Part shown: piece by piece, positions 21,250 through 33,077 of the stretch
How the letters are laid out: each line of letters begins with the position of its first letter
How positions within the stretch are numbered: the stretch's first letter is position 1
Source of the DNA: an uncultured Caulobacteraceae bacterium
Lineage (GTDB): Bacteria; Pseudomonadota; Alphaproteobacteria; Caulobacterales; Aquidulcibacteraceae
Assembly (NCBI GenBank): GCA_964557085.1
Contig: CAZKYS010000001.1
Coordinates: forward strand, 1 to 62,303
DNA: 62,303 nucleotides
Direction of reading: 5' to 3'
Position numbers and translations under genes: made by a program
The notes under the pieces: generated by a model
Databases searched by the model: none
Told to the model about the DNA's origin: nothing
The model's input: the letters and a program-made list of their open reading frames with translations, nothing else

Positions 21250-23700
21250 ATGGGCGTTCTAATGAATAATATACTATCCCCTGAATTGAACGAAAATGTG
21301 AAATTACCGCCTTTGGCAGATAAAATTGTCGATTGCCTAATGTATCGCATCGGCAAAGACACAAAGGCAGCACGCCCACATGATTGGCTTGCAGCAACTG
21401 TTCTTACAATCCGTGATGGTATTATTGATAAATGGATGGCATCAACCCGCGCCGCCCACCGCGCAGGCGCAAAAAGGGTTTATTATTTATCATTAGAATT
21501 CCTTATCGGTCGCCTTTTACGTGATAGTCTTTCAAACCTTGGTGTTATGGAAGATATTAAGAATGCACTAGATGCGCTTGGCGTTGAACTTGATGTAATT
21601 CGTGAAATTGAACCTGATGCGGCATTGGGCAATGGTGGTCTTGGGCGTCTTGCGGCATGTTTTATGGAAAGCTTGGCATCGCTTGATTTACCTGCCTATG
21701 GTTATGGCATTCGCTATGTTAATGGCATGTTCCGCCAAAGGATTGATAATGGTTGGCAGGTTGAATTACCTGAAACTTGGCTTGAATATGGTAATCAATG
21801 GGAATTTGAACGCCGCGAAAGCGCGTATAAAGTTTCTTTTGGTGGTCGTGTTGAGGCTGATGAAACCGGCCTTACAAAATGGATTGCGGGCGAATCCGTT
21901 ATTGCATCGGCGGTTGACACGCCTGTTGTTGGTTATCAGGGCAAACGCGTAAATACACTTCGCCTTTGGACTGCACACGCAATTGATCCAATCCGCCTTG
22001 ATGCCTTCAATGCGGGCGACCATATTGGCGCTTTAGAAGGCAAAAACCGCGCCGAATCTTTAACCCGCGTTTTATACCCTGCCGATTCTTCACCTGCGGG
22101 GCAAGAATTACGCCTTCGTCAGGAATATTTCTTTTCTTCAGCATCAATCCAAGACATTGTGCGCCGTCATATTCAATATTCGGGCGATATTCGCACTTTG
22201 CCAGATAAGGTTGCAATTCAGCTTAATGATACCCACCCTGCGGTTTCAGTTGCCGAGTTGATGCGCATTTTGCTTGATGTGCATAATTTGACATTCGACG
22301 AAGCATGGAAAATCACAATCGCAACTTTTGGCTATACAAATCATACATTATTGCCAGAAGCATTGGAATCTTGGCCGCTACCATTGTTTGAGCGTTTATT
22401 GCCGCGCCATATGCAAATTATCTATGCAATAAACGCAAAAGTATTGCGTGAAGCGCGCATTGCAAAACCTGATGATAATGAATTTGTATCGCAAATTTCA
22501 TTGATTGATGAACATGGTGAACGCCGTGTTCGCATGGCAAATTTGGCCTTTGTTGGTTCGCATTCGGTAAATGGCGTTGCCGCGCTTCATACGCAATTAA
22601 TGCGTAAAACCGTATTTTCGGGGCTTCATCAATTATATCCAACACGTATTAACAATAAAACCAATGGTATAACACCACGCCGCTGGCTTTATCAATGCAA
22701 TACTGCCCTTGTGAATTTGACCAAAGAGGCAATTGGTGATGGCTTTTTAACCGATTTAACCAAAATTGCCGATTTGAATAAATTTGCCGATGATAGTGAA
22801 TTTCAAAAGAAATTTATGGAAGTTAAATATCAAAACAAAGTGGCATTATCGGAATATTTGCGCAAATTAACAGGCGTAAAACTTGACCCAAATGCAATGT
22901 TTGACGTGCAAATCAAACGTATTCACGAATATAAGCGCCAGCTTTTGAACATTATCGAAACTATTGTTTTATACAATCAAATTCGCAATCATCCCGAACG
23001 TGATTGGATACCACGTGTAAAATTATTCGCAGGAAAAGCCGCAAGCTCTTATTACCGTGCAAAACAAATAATCAAACTTGCCAATGATGTGGCGCGACGC
23101 ATTAATTCAGACCCAAGTGTTGGTGATTTATTAAAAGTAGTTTTCCCACCCAATTATAATGTCTCAATGGCTGAAATGATTGTTCCCGCCGCCGATTTAT
23201 CCGAGCAAATTTCAACCGCAGGGCTTGAGGCATCGGGCACAGGCAATATGAAGCTTGCACTTAATGGCGCGCTTACGATTGGCACATTGGATGGCGCGAA
23301 TATTGAAATTAAGGATAATGTCGGAATTGATAATATCTTTATTTTCGGCAAAACCGCCCAGCAGGTCGATGATATTCGCAAAGCTGGCTATAAACCATCT
23401 GAAATTATCAATTCACATGCCGAACTTGCACAGGCATTGCATGAAATAAATGACGGCCTATTCTCACCTGATGATCCAAATAGATATAAGGATTTAGTGC
23501 ATGATTTGCATGTTTCCGATTGGTTCATGCTAATGGCAGATTTTGAAGATTATTATGATACGCAACGCAATATTGACAAAGCGTGGAAAAACCAGTCTTC
23601 TTGGGCAAAGAAAGCAATTCATAATACTGCCAATATGTCGTGGTTCTCCTCCGACAGGACAATATCTGAATATGCTTCGGACATCTGGAGAGTGATTTGA
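21250..23700 (+). CDS. glgP: Glycogen/alpha-glucan phosphorylase
   Basis: LGNGGLGRLAACF, QLNDTHP, KRIHEYKRQ, EASGTGNMK. Confidence 0.97.
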   Translation: MGVLMNNILSPELNENVKLPPLADKIVDCLMYRIGKDTKAARPHDWLAATVLTIRDGIIDKWMASTRAAHRAGAKRVYYLSLEFLIGRLLRDSLSNLGVMEDIKNALDALGVELDVIREIEPDAALGNGGLGRLAACFMESLASLDLPAYGYGIRYVNGMFRQRIDNGWQVELPETWLEYGNQWEFERRESAYKVSFGGRVEADETGLTKWIAGESVIASAVDTPVVGYQGKRVNTLRLWTAHAIDPIRLDAFNAGDHIGALEGKNRAESLTRVLYPADSSPAGQELRLRQEYFFSSASIQDIVRRHIQYSGDIRTLPDKVAIQLNDTHPAVSVAELMRILLDVHNLTFDEAWKITIATFGYTNHTLLPEALESWPLPLFERLLPRHMQIIYAINAKVLREARIAKPDDNEFVSQISLIDEHGERRVRMANLAFVGSHSVNGVAALHTQLMRKTVFSGLHQLYPTRINNKTNGITPRRWLYQCNTALVNLTKEAIGDGFLTDLTKIADLNKFADDSEFQKKFMEVKYQNKVALSEYLRKLTGVKLDPNAMFDVQIKRIHEYKRQLLNIIETIVLYNQIRNHPERDWIPRVKLFAGKAASSYYRAKQIIKLANDVARRINSDPSVGDLLKVVFPPNYNVSMAEMIVPAADLSEQISTAGLEASGTGNMKLALNGALTIGTLDGANIEIKDNVGIDNIFIFGKTAQQVDDIRKAGYKPSEIINSHAELAQALHEINDGLFSPDDPNRYKDLVHDLHVSDWFMLMADFEDYYDTQRNIDKAWKNQSSWAKKAIHNTANMSWFSSDRTISEYASDIWRVI

Positions 23701-25853
23701 ATTTAAACCCGTCTGAAATTGATGCAATTGTAAACGGGACACATAATTCCCCATTCTCTGTTTTGGGGCTTCAGAAGATTGAAAATAAAATGATTGCGCG
23801 CACTTATATTATGGGTGCGCAATCTGTAATCGCCTTTAATGCCAAGGGAAAAAAACTTGGTGAATTAAATCAAATCCACCCCAATGGCCTGTTTGAGGGT
23901 GAGGTTAAAACCAAAAATTTCGAACCAATCACTTATCGCGCAAAAGCGGGTGAGCATGAATGGCTTGTCACCTGCCCTTATACATTTGCGCCAATAATTG
24001 GGCCGATTGATGATTATCTTATCAATGAAGGGCGTCATTTGCGGCTTTTTGATATTATGGGCGCGCATGTAAAACATCATCAATCCTATGATGGAATTCA
24101 TTTTGCACTTTGGGCGCCCAATGCCCAAAGGGTTGCCGTAATTGGTGATTTCAACGATTGGGATGGGCGCAAACATATTATGCGTGCGCGTCATGACACT
24201 GGAATTTGGGAAATTTTTATTCCCAATATTGGTGATGGGCGAATTTATAAATTCCTTGTGATTGATAAAAACGGCAATGCAATGCCATTAAAGGCCGACC
24301 CGTTCGCATTCCAAAGTGAGTTAAGACCAAATACAGGGTCAATAGTATCAAAACCAATTGATTTTGAATGGGATGATGAAAACCACCGTGATTATTGGAA
24401 AAATAATGACGCCAAAACCAAACCTATTTCAATTTATGAAGTGCAGGCAGGTTCATGGCGGCGCGGTTATCAGGGGGAATTTTTAAATTGGGATCAATTA
24501 TCTGACACATTAATTCCTTATGTTCTTGAAATGGGATTTACGCATATTGAATTTTTGCCAATTTCTGAATATCCGCTTGATGAATCTTGGGGTTATCAAA
24601 CAACTGGCCTTTATGCCCCAAGCGCAAGATTTGGCGAACCTGCGGCCTTTGCACGATTTGTAAATAATGCGCATAAAGCAGGGCTTGGTATTATTCTTGA
24701 TTGGGTTCCCGCCCATTTCCCAAGTGATGCACACGGACTTTCACGTTTTGATGGCACTGCCCTTTACGAACATGAAGACCCCCGCCTTGGTTTCCACCCC
24801 GATTGGACAACCTTTATTTATAATTTTGGACGCCGTGAGGTTTTGTCATATCTTGTAAATAATGCGCTTTATTGGGCCGAAAAATTCCATATTGATGGCC
24901 TTCGGGTCGATGCAGTGGCATCAATGCTTTATCGTGATTATTCGCGCAAAGCAGGCGAATGGCTTCCAAATTCCGAAGGTGGGCGCGAAAATTGGGAAGC
25001 GGTCAACTTCTTACAAATCACCAATAAAGAATTGCGCGAAAATGCCAAAGGTTTCCTAACTATTGCCGAGGAAAGCACATCATGGCCGGGCGTAACCCAT
25101 CAAGGAAATCGTGAAGCTTTGGGCTTTAATTTCAAATGGAATATGGGCTTTATGAATGATACTTTGCGCTATTTATCGCGTGACCCAATTCATAGATCTT
25201 ATCATCATAATGACATAACATTTGGAATTACTTATGCTTTTTCTGAAAGCTTTGTTTTGCCATTATCGCATGATGAAGTGGTGCATGGCAAAGGAAGCCT
25301 TATAAACAAAATGGCGGGCGATGAATGGCAAAAGTTTGCCAATTTGCGTGCTTATTACGCCCTTATGTGGTGTTACCCTGGAAAAAAACTTTTATTCATG
25401 GGGCAAGAATTTGCGCAAGTGCGCGAATGGTCAGAGGGGCGCGGCCTTGATTGGCATCATTTGGATGATGCAAAACACAATGGCGTTAAAACCCTTGTTC
25501 GGGATTTGAACAAAACTTACAAAACTTTTGCCGCGCTTCATGCGCGTGATTGCGACCCATCAGGTTTTGAATGGGTGGTTGTTAATGATAGCAAAAATAG
25601 CGTGTTCGCCTTCATGCGATTTGCCGAAAATTCAATGCCAATTTTGGTTGTTACAAACTTTAGCGGTCAAAAACTTGATAATTATCAAATGCAATTACGA
25701 ATAGAAGGAAAATGGCGCGAAATACTTAATACAGATAGCGAAATATATGGCGGATCTAACTGCGGCAATTTAGGCAGTGTGATTTGCGAAAATGGGATTT
25801 TACAATTAACAATACCAGCATTATCAACAATAATATTCGAAAATTTCACATGA
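23697..25853 (+). CDS. glgB: 1,4-alpha-glucan branching enzyme
   Basis: WAPNA, SWGYQ, DWVPAHF, GLRVDAVASM, AEEST, LSHDEVVHGK; TTG start overlaps glgP stop. Confidence 0.96.
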   Translation: MNLNPSEIDAIVNGTHNSPFSVLGLQKIENKMIARTYIMGAQSVIAFNAKGKKLGELNQIHPNGLFEGEVKTKNFEPITYRAKAGEHEWLVTCPYTFAPIIGPIDDYLINEGRHLRLFDIMGAHVKHHQSYDGIHFALWAPNAQRVAVIGDFNDWDGRKHIMRARHDTGIWEIFIPNIGDGRIYKFLVIDKNGNAMPLKADPFAFQSELRPNTGSIVSKPIDFEWDDENHRDYWKNNDAKTKPISIYEVQAGSWRRGYQGEFLNWDQLSDTLIPYVLEMGFTHIEFLPISEYPLDESWGYQTTGLYAPSARFGEPAAFARFVNNAHKAGLGIILDWVPAHFPSDAHGLSRFDGTALYEHEDPRLGFHPDWTTFIYNFGRREVLSYLVNNALYWAEKFHIDGLRVDAVASMLYRDYSRKAGEWLPNSEGGRENWEAVNFLQITNKELRENAKGFLTIAEESTSWPGVTHQGNREALGFNFKWNMGFMNDTLRYLSRDPIHRSYHHNDITFGITYAFSESFVLPLSHDEVVHGKGSLINKMAGDEWQKFANLRAYYALMWCYPGKKLLFMGQEFAQVREWSEGRGLDWHHLDDAKHNGVKTLVRDLNKTYKTFAALHARDCDPSGFEWVVVNDSKNSVFAFMRFAENSMPILVVTNFSGQKLDNYQMQLRIEGKWREILNTDSEIYGGSNCGNLGSVICENGILQLTIPALSTIIFENFT

Positions 25854-25877
25854 TTGAAATTTCAAAAGGGGGAGTGC

Positions 25878-27140
25878 ATGAAATCTTTGGTTACAAGGCC
25901 ATTATCACGCGACACAATGGCATATGTTCTTGCAGGGGGGCGTGGTTCACGCCTTAAAGAATTAACTCAAGTTCGCGCAAAACCCGCCGTTTATTTTGGC
26001 GGCAAATCGCGCATTATTGATTTTGCACTTTCTAATGCACTTAATTCTGGTATTCGCCGTTTTGGTATTGCCACACAATATAAGGCCCATTCACTAATCC
26101 GCCACCTTCAATATGGCTGGAACTTCTTCAGGCCAGAACGTAACGAAAGTTTTGACATTTTACCTGCTTCGCAACGTGTTTCTGAAACCCAATGGTATGA
26201 TGGAACGGCGGATGCGGTTTATCAAAACCTTGATATTATCCAAGATCATAATCCTGAATATATGCTTATCCTTGCAGGGGATCATATTTATAAAATGGAT
26301 TATGAAGTAATGTTGCAGCAGCATGTAAATATGCAAGCCGATGTAACCATTGCCTGTATGGAAGTGCCATTAAAAGAGGCCACCGCATTCGGTGTTATGA
26401 ATGTTGATAAAAAAGGCATTATTACCGACTTTATCGAAAAGCCAGAAAACCCACCGCCTATGCCAGGAAAACCTGATATTGCATTGGTTTCAATGGGTAT
26501 TTATGTTTTCAAAACCAGCTATTTGGCGCAAAAATTAATCGAAGATGCAAATAATCCAAATTCAAGCCGTGACTTTGGTAAAGACATTATCCCTGACATT
26601 GTTAAAAACGGCAAAGCCGTTGCGCACGAATTTTCGCAAAGCTGCGTTCGCGCTGAAAATGAGGCTGAAAGCTATTGGCGCGATGTGGGAACTGTTGATG
26701 CCTATTGGGAAGCCAGCATGGATTTAACCCATGTAACCCCAAAACTTGATTTATATGACAGGGCGTGGCCAATTTGGACACATTCGGAAATCACACCACC
26801 CGCAAAATTCGTCCATGATGTTGATGGAAGACGCGGACAGGCACTTTCTAGCCTTGTTTCAGGTGGCTGTATCGTATCGGGCGCAACAGTTCGTAATAGT
26901 CTTTTAAGCTCACACGCACATGTTCATTCTTATGCAAGCCTTGACCAAACCGTTGTTCTGCCAAGCTGCAACATCGGACAAAGTGCACGCATCACAAAGG
27001 CAATCATTGACCGTGGTGTAAAAATACCAAATGGCTTGGTGATTGGCGAAGATGAGGACTTGGACAAACAAAGATTTAGGCGCACCGAAAATGGTGTATG
27101 CCTTGTAACACAGGACATGATTAATCGTTTGGAATTATAA
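25878..27140 (+). CDS. glgC: Glucose-1-phosphate adenylyltransferase
   Basis: [33 protein letters not shown]; ATG 25878 after GGGGGAG. Confidence 0.97.
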   Translation: MKSLVTRPLSRDTMAYVLAGGRGSRLKELTQVRAKPAVYFGGKSRIIDFALSNALNSGIRRFGIATQYKAHSLIRHLQYGWNFFRPERNESFDILPASQRVSETQWYDGTADAVYQNLDIIQDHNPEYMLILAGDHIYKMDYEVMLQQHVNMQADVTIACMEVPLKEATAFGVMNVDKKGIITDFIEKPENPPPMPGKPDIALVSMGIYVFKTSYLAQKLIEDANNPNSSRDFGKDIIPDIVKNGKAVAHEFSQSCVRAENEAESYWRDVGTVDAYWEASMDLTHVTPKLDLYDRAWPIWTHSEITPPAKFVHDVDGRRGQALSSLVSGGCIVSGATVRNSLLSSHAHVHSYASLDQTVVLPSCNIGQSARITKAIIDRGVKIPNGLVIGEDEDLDKQRFRRTENGVCLVTQDMINRLEL

Positions 27141-28585
27141 TGCAGGTTTTAAGCGTTGCTTCAGAAATATATCCTTTAATTAAAACTGGTGGCCTTGCCG
27201 ATGTGGTGGGCGCATTGCCAGAGGCATTGGAAAAAAATGGGGTAAAGGTGAAAACCCTTATTCCACTTTATGCATCAATTGCCGCCAAACTTGGCAAAGG
27301 TAAATTACTTTTCGAATATGATAATTTATTGGGTGAAAAAGCCAAATTAATGGCTTTTAATCATGATGGATTAGATATTATAGCGCTTGATGCCCCGTCC
27401 CTATTCAATCGCAATGGTGGGCCATATATTGACGAAAACGGGCTTGATTTTGCAGATAATTGGAAACGTTTTGCCGCATTATCAAAAGCCGCGAGTGATA
27501 TTGCGGGCGGTATTATAAAATCATACGCCCCCGATATAATTCATTGCCATGATTGGCAGGCATCCCTTACCCCCGTCTATATGCGCTATGGTAATGAGCG
27601 CGCGCAACAAACCAAATCAATCGTAACAATCCATAATATTGCATTCCAAGGGCGATATGGGGCAAATATTTTTGAAGGCCTTGAATTACCAACCGAAGCC
27701 TTTGGCATTGAAGGCATCGAATATTATGGCGATTTAAGCTTTTTAAAGGGTGGCCTTGCGCTTTGTGATATTATCACAACCGTTTCCCCAACCTATGCCC
27801 AAGAAATTGTAACCCAAGAATTTGGTATGGGACTAGAAGGACTAATTGGCGCACGCTTCAGTGATGTCTATGGCATTGTAAACGGCATTGATGATAAGAT
27901 TTGGAACCCAAAATCCGATAATTTAATTCCCGAAAATTATGATGCAAAATCACTTAGTACGCGGGTAAAAAATCGCCGCAAAATCGAGGAGGCCTTTGGC
28001 CTAAAACGTGCACGCGGGCCAATTTATTGCGTTGTATCGCGCCTTACATGGCAAAAGGGCATGGATATTTTATCCGATATTTGCGAAGCCCTTACGCATA
28101 TTGGTGTGCGTATTGCAATTCTTGGAACAGGCGAAGCGCAAATAGAAAATGCCTTTATAAGCGCATCAAAAAAGTTTCGTGGTAAAATTGGCACGATTAT
28201 TGGCTATGATGAAAATCTATCGCATATTTTACAAAGTGGATCAGATGGAATTTTAATTCCATCACGCTTTGAACCCTGTGGTCTTACGCAATTATATGGT
28301 TTGAAATATGGCTGTGTTCCAATTGTTGCGCGCACTGGTGGCCTTGCTGATACTATTATTGATGCCAATGAAGCGGCTTTAAACGCGGGTTTGGCTACTG
28401 GTTTTCAATTCAATAAAGTGACGCAGCATGAATTATATCACGCTATCGCCCGCGCCACCGAAATTTATAATGACAAAAAACAATGGGCACAAATACAGCG
28501 CAATGGCATGAAGGCCGATTTTTCATGGAATAAATCGGGCAAAAAATACGCCCAGCTTTATGAAAAACTAATGGCGCGCGATTAA
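27140..28585 (+). CDS. glgA: Glycogen synthase
   Basis: KTGGLADV, HCHDWQ, PSRFEPCGLTQL. Confidence 0.97.
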   Translation: MQVLSVASEIYPLIKTGGLADVVGALPEALEKNGVKVKTLIPLYASIAAKLGKGKLLFEYDNLLGEKAKLMAFNHDGLDIIALDAPSLFNRNGGPYIDENGLDFADNWKRFAALSKAASDIAGGIIKSYAPDIIHCHDWQASLTPVYMRYGNERAQQTKSIVTIHNIAFQGRYGANIFEGLELPTEAFGIEGIEYYGDLSFLKGGLALCDIITTVSPTYAQEIVTQEFGMGLEGLIGARFSDVYGIVNGIDDKIWNPKSDNLIPENYDAKSLSTRVKNRRKIEEAFGLKRARGPIYCVVSRLTWQKGMDILSDICEALTHIGVRIAILGTGEAQIENAFISASKKFRGKIGTIIGYDENLSHILQSGSDGILIPSRFEPCGLTQLYGLKYGCVPIVARTGGLADTIIDANEAALNAGLATGFQFNKVTQHELYHAIARATEIYNDKKQWAQIQRNGMKADFSWNKSGKKYAQLYEKLMARD

Positions 28586-29958
28586 AAATCATCATCATTT
28601 GATAAGGCCGAATAAAGACTTATCAAATTTGTTGCGCGCAAAGTTTGCAATCCAATTAATGTGGCCTGTGCATTATTCAAATTTCTTTGCGCCAATAAAA
28701 GTGGAAGATAATTATCAATACCTACTTCAAAGCGGCGTTTAGCAAGGAAAACGCTTTTGCGATAATTTTCGACTGCAGCGCTTTGATCTTTAATGCGCGC
28801 CTCAATTTGCGAACGCGTGTTTAGGGCTTGTGAAACATCATTAAATGCCGAATTTATCACCTTCTCATATTGGTAAATCAATGCATCGCGATTAAGGCGC
28901 GCATTATCAATATTAATATCAGTGGCACCATTATCAAAAATTGGCGCACTAATGCTTGGTGTGATTAAAAAACGAGGTCCTGCAAGTAGATTAAGTAATT
29001 CATTACTGGCAAATCCGAATGATGCCGTAAGATTTATGCTTGGGAATTTTTGGGCGCGTGCGGCAGTTAAATTTGCATTTGCACCCATTAATGCATGTTC
29101 TGCCGCCATAATATCAGGGCGCGCCAAAAGCACATTTGATGGAAGGCCAATCGCAACTTTGGCAATTGTAAAATCACTTTGCAAATTTGTTGGCAAAAAT
29201 TCCAAAACCCCCTGCCCACCTGCAAGGAAAACCAAAGTTGATTTATCATTTTCCAATTTGGTTTGCGTGGCCTTAAGACTTGCGATTAATTCATTTAATT
29301 GCGCCTCCACAGAATTAACATCTAAATCATTCGCAACGCCATATTTTTGACGCCCTTTTACGATTTTTGCGGTTTCTTGTAGTGATGATATATTGGATTT
29401 TAAAATCTCAATCTGTGTCAAATCACTAGCGATATTAACCCATGCATTTGCAATTGTTGTGATGAAGGCGATTTTTATGGCTTTTTGATTTTCTTTTGAT
29501 GCATAAAAGTTTTCTTCACTAGCTTTTTGGAGTGATTTTAAACGATCAAATAAATCAATTTCATACGATGGCATTGAAGCGCCCAAAGTATAAGTATCAC
29601 TTAAAATATCGCCAGATTTGCCACTTAAATCCGAACTTGCGACACCGCGCAATGATGGTTTTCGCGCAATTTTTGCAAGCTCTAAGGCATTTTGGGCTTT
29701 TTGTGTGTTGATAGCAGCAATTTTCAAATCGCTATTTTGTTTTAGACCATAATCAATTGTGGCAATAAGATTTTGGTTTCTATAAAATTCGCGCCATTTA
29801 ACCCCATTTGCGGCAATATATTTTGCATCGAGAAGGTTTGGAAAATTGGGCGCAATTTTATTTTCCGTAATTGTCTTTTCAGGAATTGGTTTTTGAATAT
29901 GCGAACAAGCACCCAAAATAACCAAAGAAGTTACAGTGAAATATTTTAATAATTTCAT
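28582..29958 (-). CDS. RND efflux outer-membrane lipoprotein (OprM/NodT family)
   Basis: LGAC lipobox, YEIDLF, LLARPDIMAAE, FPSINLT. Confidence 0.9.
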   Translation of the reverse strand: MKLLKYFTVTSLVILGACSHIQKPIPEKTITENKIAPNFPNLLDAKYIAANGVKWREFYRNQNLIATIDYGLKQNSDLKIAAINTQKAQNALELAKIARKPSLRGVASSDLSGKSGDILSDTYTLGASMPSYEIDLFDRLKSLQKASEENFYASKENQKAIKIAFITTIANAWVNIASDLTQIEILKSNISSLQETAKIVKGRQKYGVANDLDVNSVEAQLNELIASLKATQTKLENDKSTLVFLAGGQGVLEFLPTNLQSDFTIAKVAIGLPSNVLLARPDIMAAEHALMGANANLTAARAQKFPSINLTASFGFASNELLNLLAGPRFLITPSISAPIFDNGATDINIDNARLNRDALIYQYEKVINSAFNDVSQALNTRSQIEARIKDQSAAVENYRKSVFLAKRRFEVGIDNYLPLLLAQRNLNNAQATLIGLQTLRATNLISLYSALSNDDDF

Positions 29959-32900
29959 TTTGTAACCTCTTGAGTTTTTTCTTTTTTCCTCAAAGCACCA
30001 CTTACCAAAACAAAGAATAAAGGAACAAAGAAAATTGCCAAAAATGTTGCCGCAATAATGCCGCCAAACAATCCTGTTCCAATTGCATGTTGCGCCTTTG
30101 CGCCCGCAGAGCTTGCAATAACAAGAGGGAAAATACCAAATACAAAGGCAAGTGATGTCATGATAATTGGGCGAAGGCGCACGCGAACTGCCTCTAATGT
30201 GGCATCAAATAAATTATGGCCTTCTTCGTTAAGTCTTTTGGCAAATTCAACAATCAAAATCGCATTTTTCGCCGATAGACCCATTGTTGCGAGCAAGCCA
30301 ACTTGAAAGAATATATCCTTATCAAGACCGCGAATATAGGTTGCCAAAAACGCCCCAAAGACCCCAAGCGGAATTACCAAAATCACCGCAAATGGCACAG
30401 ACCAACTTTCATAAAGTGCCGCCAATAAAAGGAAAATGAAAATCACACTTATGGCATAAAGTGCGGGTGCTTGTGCCCCTGCCTCACGCTCTTGTAGGGA
30501 AAGGCCAGTCCATTCAATGCCAAAACCGCGTGGCATTTGTTTGAAAATGCTTTCGATTTCCTGCATTGCCGCGCCATTTGATACACCAATCGCAGGTGTC
30601 CCCGATATATCAATCGATGATAGGCCATTATAGCGCGCAAGGCTTGGCGGCCCCGCACTCCAACGTGGTTTTGCGAATGCGCTTATTGGTATCATTTCGC
30701 CCAAATTATTGCGCACATACCAATTTAAAATATCTTGTGGCTGCATACGATATGGGGCATCGCCTTGAACATAAACGCGCTTTACACGCCCCTTATCCAT
30801 AAAATCATTCACATAAGTGCTTCCGAGTGCGCTTGCCATAAGTGAATTTATGTCCGCAAGTTGAACACCCAATGCACCCGCCATTTCCTTATCAATATCG
30901 ATATTTAATTGCGGTGAATTATCCTGCGCTCCAGAGCGAACATTACTAAGGATTTTGCTTTCACTTGCCGCCGCCAAAAATTGATTACGAATATCAACAA
31001 GGGCATCATAACCTTGCCCCTCAATATCTGTAATCACAAAGCTAAAGCCAGATGCATTACCCAATTCACGAACCGCAGGTGGGATTGTTGGATTTATTTG
31101 GGCATCATTATATTTTGAAAATTCTTTTTTGGCCTTTTCAACAATTACATCAACAGACATATCTTTTGATTTACGCTCTTCAAAAGCTGCCATACGTGCA
31201 ATTACCGAACCTGTATTCTGTCCGCCAGAACCATTACCTGGCCCGCTTCCTGTTGTTGCAAAAATATATTTCACGCCAGGTTGTTTTTCATAAAAGCTTT
31301 TAACGCGTTCAACAATTTTTTGGGTTTTGTCGCTTGTGGTTGCAGTTGGTAATTGGATTTGGGTAATTATTATACCCTGATCTTCCGTTGGCAAGAATGA
31401 ACTTGGTAATTTATATGCCAAAAACACCATGCCGCCAACTATAAGCAAATATATCCCCATAAAGGCCAAGCGCATTGAAAGTATTTTTTTTACCGCCGCT
31501 TGATACCAATTTGAAAATTTTTCAAATCCATTATTAAAGCCCGATAAAATCTTGTTTTTATTATGCCCTGTTGCATCCTGTGGCTTAAGAATTTGGGCAC
31601 ATAATGGCGGCGTAAGAACAAGTGCAACGACAACCGATAATGCCATTGCCGATATTAAAGTAACCGAAAACTGGCGGTAAATAACGCCCTGCGTGCCACC
31701 AAAAAACGCCATTGGAACAAACATTGCCGCCAATACTGCCGCCACACCGATTAATGCACCGCTTATTGTGTCCATTGATTTTCGTGTGGCCTCGATTGGA
31801 GAAAGGCCTTCTTCATGCATTAAACGCTCAACATTTTCGACAACAACGATTGCGTCATCAACCAACAAGCCGATTGCAAGCACAATCCCGAAAAGCGTTA
31901 AAGTATTAATCGAATAACCAAAAACCGCCAAAATACCAAAAGTTCCAAGTAAAACCACAGGAACCGCAATCGCAGGGATTAAAGTTGCCCTTATGCTTTG
32001 TAAAAATACAAACATAACCAGAAATACCAAAAGCACCGCCTCGATAAGGGTTTTAACAACTTCTTTGATTGAAATTTTCACAAATTGGGTTGAATCATTC
32101 GGAATTGCATATTTGATTTTTGCTGGGAAAGATTTTTGTAATTCTTCCACCAATTTAATTGCTGCATCGGCGGTTTTTAATGCATTTGCGCCAGTTGCCA
32201 AATTAACAGCAATCCCCGCCGCAGGATGCCCGTTAAATTTAACAATCGTTCCATAATTATCGGAGCCAATTTCAACCCGCGCAACATCTTTTAATAGAAT
32301 TGGTGAACCATTTGGATTATTTTTAACAATGATATTTTCAAATTGTTCAGGGGTTTGGAAACGTGATTGAACAGAAATTATTGCATTAAAACTTGCATCT
32401 TTTGTAATTGGCATATCGGCCAATGCACCACTTGCAACCTGCACATTTTGTGCGCGAATGGCGTTTATAATATCATTGGGGACAAGTGAATATGATTGTA
32501 ATTGGGATGGATTAAGCCAAATTCGCATTGCATGTTGCGAACCAAAAATTCGGGTTGAACCAACGCCATCAATTCTGCTTATTGGATCTTGAATTGTATT
32601 AAAAATAAAATCACCCAAATCAGCGTTTGAAAGTGAATTATCTTCGGTATAAAATGAAAACACAATTAGTGTTGAATTATTTGATTTATTAACCCGCACA
32701 CCCTGTGTCTGAACCTCTTGCGGTAATTGACGAAGGCGGCTTTGAACTTGGTTTTGCACCTGAACTTGGGCTTTATCGGGGTCAGTTCCTGCTTCAAAAT
32801 ATAGGCTTACGCTTGATTGACCGCTTTGGCTTGATGATGTCATATATTTTAAGCCATCAAGCCCAGTCATCCCTTGTTCAAGTATTTGGGTAACACTATC

Positions 32901-33077
32901 CTCAACCGCCTTTGCGGATGCGCCAGTATAATTAACAGACACGCTAATTTGCGGAAGTGCAATGTTTGGATATTGGGCAATCGGCAATTTTAAAATCGAA
33001 AGTCCACCCGCAAGCATAATACAAATCGCAATTACCCACGCAAAAATTGGCCGATTTATGAAAAAGCGCGATAACAA
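29955..33077 (-). CDS. RND efflux permease (AcrB/MexB family)
   Basis: FFINRPIFAWVI, GLLVDDAIVVVENVER, KNAILIVEFA, RLRPIIMTSLAF. Confidence 0.96.
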   Translation of the reverse strand: MLSRFFINRPIFAWVIAICIMLAGGLSILKLPIAQYPNIALPQISVSVNYTGASAKAVEDSVTQILEQGMTGLDGLKYMTSSSQSGQSSVSLYFEAGTDPDKAQVQVQNQVQSRLRQLPQEVQTQGVRVNKSNNSTLIVFSFYTEDNSLSNADLGDFIFNTIQDPISRIDGVGSTRIFGSQHAMRIWLNPSQLQSYSLVPNDIINAIRAQNVQVASGALADMPITKDASFNAIISVQSRFQTPEQFENIIVKNNPNGSPILLKDVARVEIGSDNYGTIVKFNGHPAAGIAVNLATGANALKTADAAIKLVEELQKSFPAKIKYAIPNDSTQFVKISIKEVVKTLIEAVLLVFLVMFVFLQSIRATLIPAIAVPVVLLGTFGILAVFGYSINTLTLFGIVLAIGLLVDDAIVVVENVERLMHEEGLSPIEATRKSMDTISGALIGVAAVLAAMFVPMAFFGGTQGVIYRQFSVTLISAMALSVVVALVLTPPLCAQILKPQDATGHNKNKILSGFNNGFEKFSNWYQAAVKKILSMRLAFMGIYLLIVGGMVFLAYKLPSSFLPTEDQGIIITQIQLPTATTSDKTQKIVERVKSFYEKQPGVKYIFATTGSGPGNGSGGQNTGSVIARMAAFEERKSKDMSVDVIVEKAKKEFSKYNDAQINPTIPPAVRELGNASGFSFVITDIEGQGYDALVDIRNQFLAAASESKILSNVRSGAQDNSPQLNIDIDKEMAGALGVQLADINSLMASALGSTYVNDFMDKGRVKRVYVQGDAPYRMQPQDILNWYVRNNLGEMIPISAFAKPRWSAGPPSLARYNGLSSIDISGTPAIGVSNGAAMQEIESIFKQMPRGFGIEWTGLSLQEREAGAQAPALYAISVIFIFLLLAALYESWSVPFAVILVIPLGVFGAFLATYIRGLDKDIFFQVGLLATMGLSAKNAILIVEFAKRLNEEGHNLFDATLEAVRVRLRPIIMTSLAFVFGIFPLVIASSAGAKAQHAIGTGLFGGIIAATFLAIFFVPLFFVLVSGALRKKEKTQEVTK

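Noticed and set aside
17083-28585. Glycogen cluster lacks pgm
   Set aside because: Phosphoglucomutase is often encoded elsewhere; not informative from one window.
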